This document shows, piece by piece, positions 30,074-41,949 of a DNA stretch of 64,000 nt (positions are counted from its first letter, which is position 1; each line of letters opens with the position of its first letter). The translations under genes were made by a program, and so were the position numbers. Source of the DNA: Phycisphaerae bacterium. GTDB taxonomy: Bacteria > Planctomycetota > Phycisphaerae > Sedimentisphaerales > Anaerohalosphaeraceae. The notes beneath the pieces were generated by a model. The model was given only the letters and a program-made list of their open reading frames with translations. It was not told the origin of the DNA and did no database searches. The DNA lies in contig JACZKQ010000030.1 in assembly GCA_014859965.1 (NCBI GenBank), forward strand, positions 8,032 to 72,031, in the 5' to 3' direction.

Positions 30074-32041
30074 TTATATCTTCAGGGGCGCAATCAAAAC
30101 GAAACGACTGCCCTTGCCAGGTTCTGAATGAATTTCCATCCGGCCACCGATATAGTCCAGCCGTTCCCGGATGCTGAACAGCCCGAATCCGCCGCTTCGG
30201 TGCATCGCCAAATCCGTGTGGTCGACGTCAAAGCCCTTGCCGTTGTCGGCTACCGTCAGCCGCATCGTTTCCTCCCGCCGCTCGATGCGCACAGCGACTT
30301 CCTCCGCTTCGGCATGCTTGACCACATTGATCAACAGTTCACGCACCGACTGAAACATCAGCACGCGAACGTCGTGGTCCAGCGGTTTATCCTGATCGTC
30401 ATTCCAAAAGACATACTCGATCCCGTGCCGGCTCCGCAAAAAGTCATCCAGCAGTTCGTCGACGGCCGCGGCCAGTCCCAGCCGGTACAACGTGGGAGAA
30501 CTGATGTCGAAGGTCATGGTCCTGGTTTCGTCGATGACCTTGGACAGCGTCCGGACGAAGTCGTTCAGCAGCGTCCGATCGATCGACTGGGCCGTTTCTT
30601 TAAGCATCTCAACACGCAGCATCGAAATCGCCAGGTCCTGGATAATATTGTCGTGCAGGGCGATTGCAAGACGCCTCCGTTCGCGTTCCTCGGCGAGCAC
30701 AAGCTCCGCGGCCTGTCGCCGGAGTTTCTGCTGGTAGTCCATCATGGCCCGCTCGTCCTGTTGACGCCGGGTTACATCTCGGGCGATTAACAAGGCGCCT
30801 TTGATGCCGCCGCAGGCATCGCGAAGCGGAACCCCGACGTTCTCCCAGCACACCTCTCGTCCCGAACCGTCCTTGTCCATCACGCAAAAGGTCGTGGTAA
30901 TGGTCTGCTCTTCCTCCATCGCCTTTTTTGCTGCACAGCGGTGCATTTCAGGCGTGTCGCCATAGATCTCCCAGCAGTACTGGCCGACCACATTGGCGAC
31001 GAGGGTTGCTGCCGCATTGTTGGCCCAGACCACTTTCTGATCCACCCCGATCTGCATAATAGCGTCCGGCGATGCGTCCAGGATGGTGCGCAGGTGTTCT
31101 TCGCTGGCCCGGATGGCTTCGGCGGCGCGCCTGCGTTCCGTGATGTCTCTGGCGATGGTAGAAGCCCCGGTGATACTGCCGTCAGCGTCTTTTATCGGCG
31201 AAACGGTCAACGACACATCGATCGGGCGGCCGTTCTTTGCCACGTGAACAGAGACGTGATGGTCGATGCGCCGGCCTTGCCTGAGGTCCTCCAGAATCGT
31301 GGATGCGCCTTCGACTGTTTCAGACGGCCAAAGAATGGCGATGGGCCTGCCTATGATCTCTTCGGTGCGATAGCCGTACATGCGTTCGGCGGCGGCGTTC
31401 CAACTGGTGATGCGATTGTCCAGGTCTTTTCCAATGATCGCATCGTCCGACGATTCCACAATGGCGGCCAGCCTGCTGAAGGTTTCGAGGGCTTGCCTGT
31501 GCTCGGTTATGTCGGTCATCATCATTGCGGTACGCGCGCCGGTCGGATCACTTGCCGGCACCGCCCGACTGTCAATCTGCGCATAAAACGGACTGCCGTC
31601 CGACCGGCGAAGTTTGAGCTGACATGTTCGTACACGGCGAGCCGTTCCACGCACGTGGCTTACGAAATCCTCATACGATGACGGGCTGACAAACGTGCCG
31701 AAATCCCTTTTGTGAAGCATCGCCGCCGACCCGCGTAACAAGTCCGCGGCCGTCTTATTAATGTCAACGATCCGATGATCAGAATCGAGCGCCAAATAGG
31801 CGGCCGGCAACAAACCGTAGATGTCCCCCCTTGCGCTTTGTAAGACCGCTAACTCGGCTTGAGTGCGGGCCAGCTCTGCTTTCTGCGATTCGAACGCGCG
31901 CTGCATTTGAGCGAATTCTCTGGCGAGCCCGTCGATTTCCTCCACGGTCATCTGTTCGGCGCCGTCCGGACCCCTTCCAGTGTCGACGCCGCCCCTTAGA
32001 GGCGTATACTCTTTGTTGCGATTGTTATGCTTGCCTTCCAT
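30074..32041 (-). CDS. Cytoplasmic multi-PAS sensor histidine kinase (HisKA_3/HATPase, NarL-partner type)
   Basis: 655-aa ORF with three PAS-like repeats, the H-box LAIALHDNIIQDL, and a C-terminal GGFGLFSIRERL...G..F ATPase domain. No TM segments were seen. Confidence 0.85.
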   Translation of the reverse strand: MEGKHNNRNKEYTPLRGGVDTGRGPDGAEQMTVEEIDGLAREFAQMQRAFESQKAELARTQAELAVLQSARGDIYGLLPAAYLALDSDHRIVDINKTAADLLRGSAAMLHKRDFGTFVSPSSYEDFVSHVRGTARRVRTCQLKLRRSDGSPFYAQIDSRAVPASDPTGARTAMMMTDITEHRQALETFSRLAAIVESSDDAIIGKDLDNRITSWNAAAERMYGYRTEEIIGRPIAILWPSETVEGASTILEDLRQGRRIDHHVSVHVAKNGRPIDVSLTVSPIKDADGSITGASTIARDITERRRAAEAIRASEEHLRTILDASPDAIMQIGVDQKVVWANNAAATLVANVVGQYCWEIYGDTPEMHRCAAKKAMEEEQTITTTFCVMDKDGSGREVCWENVGVPLRDACGGIKGALLIARDVTRRQQDERAMMDYQQKLRRQAAELVLAEERERRRLAIALHDNIIQDLAISMLRVEMLKETAQSIDRTLLNDFVRTLSKVIDETRTMTFDISSPTLYRLGLAAAVDELLDDFLRSRHGIEYVFWNDDQDKPLDHDVRVLMFQSVRELLINVVKHAEAEEVAVRIERREETMRLTVADNGKGFDVDHTDLAMHRSGGFGLFSIRERLDYIGGRMEIHSEPGKGSRFVLIAPLKI

Positions 32042-32427
32042 TGGCTTGAGTCCGAATTCTATGTGAACAATTGTCCGGTCGCCAAATTGGCGGAAAAGAC
32101 AACAAAAAGCTTTTCAGCCTCTTGTTCGATGTGTCCCAACCAATATTTTAAAATCCGCCGTCTGATTGGCGGCCCTGCATCATAGCCCCTGCTCAGGGTT
32201 GAATGATTTATACCATATCCTTGTTCATAGACAATTCAACGTTTTTTTGCTTGACCCGAGAAGATTTTCAAGAGGATTTCTGTGTGGATTGTAGATTGGC
32301 GAGGCCGAATCAGCCTTGAAAAGGCATGCCGCGACCGCCCAGATCGGAATTTCACAGGGCCATCCGCGGCCGCCGCTCCTTACAAACGGCTGACCTTGAC
32401 GCATTTGACGGTCCGCTGGTGCAGGAT

Positions 32428-33804
32428 TCAGGCGATCTTGAGTGCGTCGCAGTGCGCGGCGACCTTGCGCACCGCCTCGACAATCTGGTCCATTTCTCGC
32501 TGCGTGCCCAGGAGCGGGATCTTGCTGTCCATCGAAAGTATCTCGCCGGCGCCGGCGGTCAGCCCGTCCATCACCGGCAGCCGCAGCGAATCACGGTATT
32601 TCCTGAGCCGGGCCGTGGAGAATGCCGTTTCAAAACCACGACTCCTGAGATGCGCCTCCAGCATCCCTTCCTTGTGGCAGCCGCGTCCGTAATTTCGCGG
32701 GCCGCCCGAAAACGGAATGCCTTCGGCGCGGAGGGCACGCGCGAAGGTCGCCGCCGGCACATCGGCGAACGCCTTGCGGTCATAGTCAAGCTCCAGGCGA
32801 AAATAAGTTATGCGCGTGTTTTCGGCATAACGTTTTCGTTGGGTCAGACCGGCAATCTGTGTCAAGGCCTCTTCGACATAGCGGCCGTTTTTCTGGCGCG
32901 CGGCATCCTGATTTTTGAATCGCTTGAACTGCTCGGTAAGAATCGCCGCCTGAAATTCCGTCATGCGATGGTTGGAGCCGGCGAACGGATAGCCGCTGAT
33001 CTCGCCCGCGGGATCCCGTCCGTTATTGACATAGGCCGCGCAGCGCCGCATCAACTGCGGGTCGTTGCCCAGCATCGCGCCGCCCTCGCCGCACACGAGC
33101 GACTTCCACTCCTGAAAGCTGATGCAGCCGGTCGCCCCGAACGTACCGACCTTGCGGCCGTTGACTTCCGCGAACACCGATTGACAGGCGTCTTCGACGA
33201 CGGGGATGCCGTGTTTGTTCGCCACTGCCATGATCTTTTCGATGTCCGCCGGGAAGCCTGACAGATGGACCGGCAGAATGGCCCGGGTATGCTCGGTGAT
33301 GGCGGCTTCGATGAGTTCCGCGTCGATCGAACCGGTTCGCGGGTCGATGTCGACGAACACGGGCAGGGCGTGGCCGTTGCATATCTCGTTGATCGTTGCG
33401 ATAAACGTGTGCGGCGTCGTGATAACTTCATCGCCTGCGCCGACTCCGAGACACTGGAGCGATGCCCGCAAGGCCGTGGTGCCGCCGTTTGACAGGACGC
33501 ACTGCTTGGCGCCCATGGCGGCGGCGAACGTCTTCTCGAAATCATACACGAGATGACCTCGAAGGCAGCACCAGTTGCGGCTGTTCAGTGCCCCGACGAG
33601 CGCCTGCGCCTCGTGGTCGTCGTAGATGGGCCACGTGGACGAGAAGGGCGCGCTCCGCACGGGCGTGCCGCCGAGGATGGCCGGTTTGTCGACGCCCCGG
33701 ACATTTGCAGCCAGCAGATGCGCACTGCTGCTCGAAAGCGATCCTGTGATAAGCGTAGCTGAGGTGGTTTTGAGGAAAGTGCGGCGTGTATAACGCGATT
33801 TCAT
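32428..33804 (-). CDS. DegT/DnrJ/EryC1/StrS-family PLP aminotransferase with an N-terminal twin-arginine signal
   Basis: The start was trimmed to MKSRYTRRTFLKTTSATLITG (a TRRTFLK Tat motif), preceded by AGGAGG. PLP-lysine motif SFQEWKSLVCGEGG. Confidence 0.8.
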   Translation of the reverse strand: MKSRYTRRTFLKTTSATLITGSLSSSSAHLLAANVRGVDKPAILGGTPVRSAPFSSTWPIYDDHEAQALVGALNSRNWCCLRGHLVYDFEKTFAAAMGAKQCVLSNGGTTALRASLQCLGVGAGDEVITTPHTFIATINEICNGHALPVFVDIDPRTGSIDAELIEAAITEHTRAILPVHLSGFPADIEKIMAVANKHGIPVVEDACQSVFAEVNGRKVGTFGATGCISFQEWKSLVCGEGGAMLGNDPQLMRRCAAYVNNGRDPAGEISGYPFAGSNHRMTEFQAAILTEQFKRFKNQDAARQKNGRYVEEALTQIAGLTQRKRYAENTRITYFRLELDYDRKAFADVPAATFARALRAEGIPFSGGPRNYGRGCHKEGMLEAHLRSRGFETAFSTARLRKYRDSLRLPVMDGLTAGAGEILSMDSKIPLLGTQREMDQIVEAVRKVAAHCDALKIA

Positions 33805-33897
33805 GGCAAGGCCTCCTGTACCGACGTTTTCAATGCGCCGTATGGTACAGTGCCGCCCTGAAAAATGCAAGTCATGATTCACCCCTCTCAGGGCGGG

Positions 33898-34089
33898 CGC
33901 ATTCTCCGGATGCCCACATCCCAAACCCAACCTGCGGCGACAATGGAGAGCAAAACCGGTTGGGCAGGGGCCAAAATCCTGTTCGCTGGGGGGATTTTGG
34001 CCTCTGGGGCCCCGACCGGTTTTGTTCGATCCTGGCGGCGCCGGCTGCCCAGCGAGTTATGAGGAGAATGCGTTTGCCCTGTCGCCCCT
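33898..34089 (+). repeat. MITE/REP-like palindromic repeat, copy 1 (of 3 in the window)
   Basis: Aligns over ~190 bp with 54734-54930. Terminal inverted repeats are CGCATTCTCC (33898-33907) and GGAGAATGCG (34063-34072). The internal long hairpin is GAGCAAAACCGGTTGGGCAGGGGCCAAAATC ... GATTTTGGCCTCTGGGGCCCCGACCGGTTTTG. Confidence 0.85.
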
Positions 34090-34156
34090 CTGGGCCGCCG
34101 GAAAGGAGACCTCTCCCGGTATTGTGTCCTGGATCGATACGGCCGCCCGTGGACGC

Positions 34157-35284
34157 CTATCCGGCGAAGCCCACGGGGGCGATCAGACTGCGCAGGAGGA
34201 TCAGCTCTTCGTCCTGGAACTCTGTGCGGCCGGAGACAATCTCCACCATCTCAAGAACCTTCTGGACTTCGGGGGCTACTTTGCCTCTTTCGCGGGCGCG
34301 CTCCCTGCGGAGGTTGATCGGCCGGACGCCGTATTTGTCACGCATCTCCTGCAGGTATGCCTTATCCGCATCGTCGAGCGCGTGGGTATTGATGGACTTA
34401 TAAGTGTCCCACACATGCGCCATGTCGGCCAGTTGCGCAATGTACAGCTTCTCCTCAAGGCAGAAGTCCCATGGCGCGCCGAGTCCCCATTTTTCGTACA
34501 CCTCGCCGTACACGGCGTCTCTGGCAAGAGTAACATTCTCCGACGGATCGGAGGTGGCGTGGATGTGGTCGTAAACACGTTTTGCAAACGCCTTTTCTTC
34601 GGCGTTCAACCGGGAGTTCTCATTGATCGCGCGATAGAACCGCCACTTCGCGTGAGCCAGTCCGTAGTCGCTGAATGGACCTGCACAGATCGGACAAGTC
34701 AGTTCGGGAACCCCGGCCTGCACGGCGCCGCAGCTGCGGCACACGTGGAACTCGTTCGGAATGCGCGCGGCGATTCCGAAAAACGATTCCATGGACGACA
34801 GAATACTCTCGGCCAGTCGCCGGTGCCCCTGGTCCACCTTCCACGCGTGCGTCACTGTTTTAATCGCTACCGCATGCCCCTCCCCCTTGATTTGTTCGAT
34901 CAGCAAGGGGTAGCGCCTGTCCATCTTCGGCCCTTCCACATTGGTCATCAGCCGGAGATTGAATTTCGTGTTGGAGACCCGGACGTCGGGTTCTCCCGAA
35001 CTCACGACCGTTGCATTCATCTGGTTCAGCACGGCAGCAGTCGCCTCGGCGCGGATCATGGCCGACCACCCCAATGCGGCGAAGAACGATTCGATGTTCA
35101 GGTGCTTTTCGGTATGGGCCTGCCGGGCATAGGCGCGATACATGCGGGCCGCCCTTATTTCATCGTTGCGGAGTAGTTGCAGAGCCGCCGCCGTTTCCGG
35201 GTGTTGTGTTGCGGCGATGCACGTTTTGGTCGCAAGCGCGACGCAGAGGATCGACAGCAAAATGGCCAGAGAACGGTGTCTCAT
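34157..35284 (-). CDS. Signal-peptide-bearing rubrerythrin/ferritin-like protein with a rubredoxin-type Cys4 knuckle and an unknown C-terminal domain
   Basis: The start was trimmed to MRHRSLAILLSILCVALATKTCIAA. Helical ferritin-like N-terminal half, then CRSCG...CPICAG, then ~170 aa with no recognised motif. Confidence 0.45.
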   Translation of the reverse strand: MRHRSLAILLSILCVALATKTCIAATQHPETAAALQLLRNDEIRAARMYRAYARQAHTEKHLNIESFFAALGWSAMIRAEATAAVLNQMNATVVSSGEPDVRVSNTKFNLRLMTNVEGPKMDRRYPLLIEQIKGEGHAVAIKTVTHAWKVDQGHRRLAESILSSMESFFGIAARIPNEFHVCRSCGAVQAGVPELTCPICAGPFSDYGLAHAKWRFYRAINENSRLNAEEKAFAKRVYDHIHATSDPSENVTLARDAVYGEVYEKWGLGAPWDFCLEEKLYIAQLADMAHVWDTYKSINTHALDDADKAYLQEMRDKYGVRPINLRRERARERGKVAPEVQKVLEMVEIVSGRTEFQDEELILLRSLIAPVGFAG

Positions 35285-35606
35285 TTTATTTCCCCCCAGG
35301 ACTCTCAAATCAAATTTATACACGATTACTTCGCTCCGTCAAATCAGTAACAGCCTCATACTCGCGGTAATCGTCACAGCCCTGCTCCTCCTTCATAGCA
35401 TTTCAGACGCTGCATGGTTCACTCCGATTACAAGACGGCGCGAAGAATCATGATTTTGTGGTCAGGTTTTCCGGAACTACAGAGAAGCAAATTGCCTTCT
35501 CCGTGCGAAGATCAGAGGTGCTGAAGCAACTCAGAAAAGACGCCGAGCCCGCCAGTCTGATTCTGTGCAATATTATCGGGCGAAGCAAAGACCCCTGTAA
35601 GTCAAA

Positions 35607-35644
35607 AGGGGAGAGCCCTTTTCAGGACTCTCCCTTTTTTCATC
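35607..35644. terminator. Terminator-like hairpin in a 600-bp non-coding gap
   Basis: The AGGGGAGAG ... CTCTCCC stem is followed by T6+ on the plus strand. The reverse reading gives CTTTT. It lies ~240 nt downstream of the carA stop, and no plus-strand gene lies upstream. Confidence 0.4.
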
Positions 35645-35885
35645 GGCTCTTTCCGGTTTTTTTTCTTAGCCTCCTGCTCGGGGCATCTCGATCACGCTCA
35701 GCCTTGTTTGTACCTCACTGTCAGAAGCCCTTCGCCTTTAGCTAACTTAGCCGTAATAGCTAATTTCCAGAGCCGTTCATTTCAATCTTTCATACGCTAT
35801 ATCGGCAGGCCGGGTTCCGAAAGATGAAATTTTGAAAGGCTGTGAGGGGCTATGGCCTGTTATGAAATGGCACGCCTGGAAGGTG

Positions 35886-37025
35886 TCATAAGGCTTTGAC
35901 GGAGCGATGTTTATCCATCAGATCAACAAATGCATTGAACAGATAACGCGAGTCGTGGGGCCCGGGCGCGGCCTCGGGATGATACTGCACCGAAAACGCC
36001 ATAAGCGCATCACAGCTAAGACCTTCCAGCGTTTCGTCGTTGAGGTTCATGTGCGTCAGCCGAACATTTTTTCCCATGAGCGAATCCATGTCCACGCAGA
36101 AGCCGTGATTTTGGCTGGTAATTTCGATGGCGCCGGTTTCGAGATTCTTCACAGGGTGGTTGGCCCCGCGATGACCGAATTTGAGCTTGTAGGTCGTGCC
36201 GCCAAGCGCCAGCGCAAGGATCTGGTGGCCCAGGCAAATGCCGAAAATCGGCACCTTGCCCAGCAACTGGCGAACGGTCTCGATGGCATAATCGACCGCC
36301 GCCGGATCGCCCGGCCCGTTGCTCAGAAACACGCCGTCCGGCCGTTCGGCCAGCACTTCAGCGGCGGAGGTCTGTGCAGGGACGACTTTCACCTGGCACC
36401 CGTGCGACACGAGAAGACGAAGAATATTTCGCTTCAAGCCGAAATCGAACGCGATGACCCGATATCCTCCCTCGGCCGTCCATGGCCGGCCAGTCAGCAC
36501 GTCGGTTGCCGGGCTGTTCCACTCGTAACCCGTGTCGACGGTCACATCCTTAACGATGTCCCGCCCCACAAGTCCCGGATAAGCGTCCAGATGCTTCTTG
36601 AGCACATCGACGTTCTGTTCCGTGGAAGAAATGATGCCGCGCATTGCGCCGCGGGTCCGGATATGCCGCACCAGTCGGCGCGTATCGATTCCTTCCAGAC
36701 CCACGACGTCGTTGGCCTTAAGATATTCACCAAGGGTCTTCTCGTTGCGCCAGTTGCTCGGATAAGGGCAGTTCTCTTTGACAATAAACCCGCTGACGAA
36801 CAGCCTGCGGGATTCGGCGTCGGCCGCACTCGTCCCGTAGTTTCCGACGAGCGGATACGTCATGGTCACAATTTGCTCGTAGTACGACGGGTCCGTGAGT
36901 ACTTCCTGGTAACCGGTCATCGCCGTGTTGAAGACCACCTCGCCGCACCGAAAGCCCTGCGCGCCGAAGGACCGCCCCTGGAAAATTGTTCCGTCTTCAA
37001 GTAAGAGAATCGCTTGTGTGCCCAC
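35886..37025 (-). CDS. carA: Carbamoyl-phosphate synthase small (glutaminase) subunit
   Basis: The GTG start (comp. 37023-37025) is preceded by GGAAGGA, giving VGTQAILLLEDGTIFQGRSFG. The motif PIFGICLGHQ marks a class-I amidotransferase. The track ORF extends upstream into carB. Confidence 0.9.
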   Translation of the reverse strand: MGTQAILLLEDGTIFQGRSFGAQGFRCGEVVFNTAMTGYQEVLTDPSYYEQIVTMTYPLVGNYGTSAADAESRRLFVSGFIVKENCPYPSNWRNEKTLGEYLKANDVVGLEGIDTRRLVRHIRTRGAMRGIISSTEQNVDVLKKHLDAYPGLVGRDIVKDVTVDTGYEWNSPATDVLTGRPWTAEGGYRVIAFDFGLKRNILRLLVSHGCQVKVVPAQTSAAEVLAERPDGVFLSNGPGDPAAVDYAIETVRQLLGKVPIFGICLGHQILALALGGTTYKLKFGHRGANHPVKNLETGAIEITSQNHGFCVDMDSLMGKNVRLTHMNLNDETLEGLSCDALMAFSVQYHPEAAPGPHDSRYLFNAFVDLMDKHRSVKAL

Positions 37026-37035
37026 TGTATCCTTC

Positions 37036-40245
<3,210 letters not shown>

Positions 40246-40281
40246 TACAAATCCTTCGCTCCGCGGGCGCCTCGCCCGTTG

Positions 40282-41949
40282 TTATTGTGATCGATAGTGA
40301 TTGGTGATCGGCATGCGCCGGTCCTTGCCGAAGGCCTTGGGCGTAATCCGCACGCCGGGGGGCGACTGCCGCCGTTTATATTCGTTGAGGTCCACCAGGC
40401 GCGCCACGCGCTTGACGGTCTGGGCGTCCAGGCCCTCGGCGATCAGTTCCGCCGTCGACCGGTCTTCCTCGATATAACCCTTTAATATCCGGTCCAGCAG
40501 ATCATAATCCGGCAGCGAATCGCTGTCTCGCTGGTCCGGCCGCAGTTCCGCACTGGGCGCCCGCCGGATGACGCTTTCGGGGATAATTTCCCTGCCCGCC
40601 TTCGCGTTGACGTAGGCCGACAGCGTGTACACCATCGTCTTTGGCACGTCCTTGATCACCGCAAAGCCGCCGGCCGTGTCCCCGTACAGCGTCGAATAGC
40701 CGACGGCGGTTTCGCTCTTGTTGCCCGTCGTCAGCACCAGATACGACAGTTGGTTCGAAAGCGACATCAGCAGCGTCCCCCGAATACGCGACTGCAGGTT
40801 CTCGTATGCAATGCCCTTGCTGTCCCATCCCTCCATGCGGCTCAGCGTGCCGTTAAAGGCCGCCAGAATGTCTTCGATGGGCACGGTATGGAACGCCATC
40901 CCCAGGTTCTCGGCGGTCTTCTGGGCGTCGCCTCGCGTCTTGGCGGTGTTGAAGCGCGACGGCATTGTCACGCCGACTACATTGTCGGCTCCGAGGGCGT
41001 CCACTGCAATCGCGGCGGTCAGTGACGAGTCGATTCCGCCGCTCAGGCCGATCAGCACCTTTTGAAAACCGTTCTTGCCGACGTAGTCGCGCGTCCCCAG
41101 CACCAGCGCCGCGTACACTTCGCCCACGGGATCGAACGGCTGGAGGGTCCTCGTCGCCCCGACACACTGCACGGTCGCCGGCCCCCGGCCTGACGGCTCG
41201 ACGTCGGCAACCAGCATGTCTTCCTGAAACTCTTCGGCCCGGCATAGGATGTTCCCCCCCGCATCCACGAACATGCTGCGCCCGTCGAACACCAGTTCAT
41301 CCTGACCGCCCACCAGGTTACAGTACGCTGTCGGGCAGCCGAAACGCTTCGCACAGGACCCGAGCATCGTCTGCCGGTCGGTGATCTTGCCCAGGTGAAA
41401 AGGCGACGCGGAAATGTTGATGATAAGGTCTTTTTGCGTGCCATTGTCCAGAAGTCCCGCCAGCATGTCCAGTCGCCAGAGGTCCTCGCAAATTGTCAGC
41501 GCGATCCGCACTCCCCGCACGTCGACGACCAGCGATTCGCCGCCTGCTTCGAAGTATCGTTTCTCGTCGAACACCGCGTAGTTCGGCAGAACGCATTTGC
41601 GGTAGCAGGCCTCGACGCGCCCGTTCCGGATGAACGCCAGTGCATTGAAAGGGCCCTGCGGATGCGGCTGTGCGAACCCGGCGACCACGGCGATGTCCGT
41701 GCACTCGGCCGCCAGCGAATCGACCGCCTCCTGGTTGGCCCTGAGAAAATGTTTTTTCAGCAGCAGATCTTCCGGCGGATACCCGCACACGCTCATCTCA
41801 GGGAATACGATCAAATCGCAGCCGCCTGCGGCGGCGCGTCGCGCAAACGTACGCATCGCGGCAATATTCCCCTCGATATCCCCGACTGCAGCGTTAAACT
41901 GTCCCAGCGCGATTCGCACCCGTGCACTCAATCCTTTCTTGTGAGCCAT
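40282..41949 (-). CDS. nadE: Glutamine-dependent NAD+ synthetase (nitrilase-like domain + NAD synthetase domain)
   Basis: 555-aa ORF with an N-terminal CN-hydrolase domain (FPEMSVCGY, ICEDLW) and a C-terminal SGGIDSS PP-loop. Confidence 0.9.
   Translation of the reverse strand: MAHKKGLSARVRIALGQFNAAVGDIEGNIAAMRTFARRAAAGGCDLIVFPEMSVCGYPPEDLLLKKHFLRANQEAVDSLAAECTDIAVVAGFAQPHPQGPFNALAFIRNGRVEACYRKCVLPNYAVFDEKRYFEAGGESLVVDVRGVRIALTICEDLWRLDMLAGLLDNGTQKDLIINISASPFHLGKITDRQTMLGSCAKRFGCPTAYCNLVGGQDELVFDGRSMFVDAGGNILCRAEEFQEDMLVADVEPSGRGPATVQCVGATRTLQPFDPVGEVYAALVLGTRDYVGKNGFQKVLIGLSGGIDSSLTAAIAVDALGADNVVGVTMPSRFNTAKTRGDAQKTAENLGMAFHTVPIEDILAAFNGTLSRMEGWDSKGIAYENLQSRIRGTLLMSLSNQLSYLVLTTGNKSETAVGYSTLYGDTAGGFAVIKDVPKTMVYTLSAYVNAKAGREIIPESVIRRAPSAELRPDQRDSDSLPDYDLLDRILKGYIEEDRSTAELIAEGLDAQTVKRVARLVDLNEYKRRQSPPGVRITPKAFGKDRRMPITNHYRSQ

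Noticed and set aside
33865-34062. Small ORFs inside the repeat copies (33865-34062 and 54673-54903) that share a peptide, ...TMESKTGWA.AKI...GGILASGAP.GF.RS.RRRLPSEL. The copy 1 versus copy 2 loop indel is a multiple of 3.
   Set aside because: - In copy 3 the ATG is TTG and the poly-G length change breaks the frame.
- All three frames are open in this GC-rich palindrome.
- Conservation is better explained by DNA or RNA structure (TIRs and a long hairpin).
35700-35800. Possible dif/Xer recombination site, or a true replication terminus, at the left GC-skew switch.
   Set aside because: - No match to the dif consensus core (ATAATGTATATTATGT-like) is seen.
- The palindromic GCTAA cluster does not resemble XerC/D arms.
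- It is kept only as a note within the skew finding.
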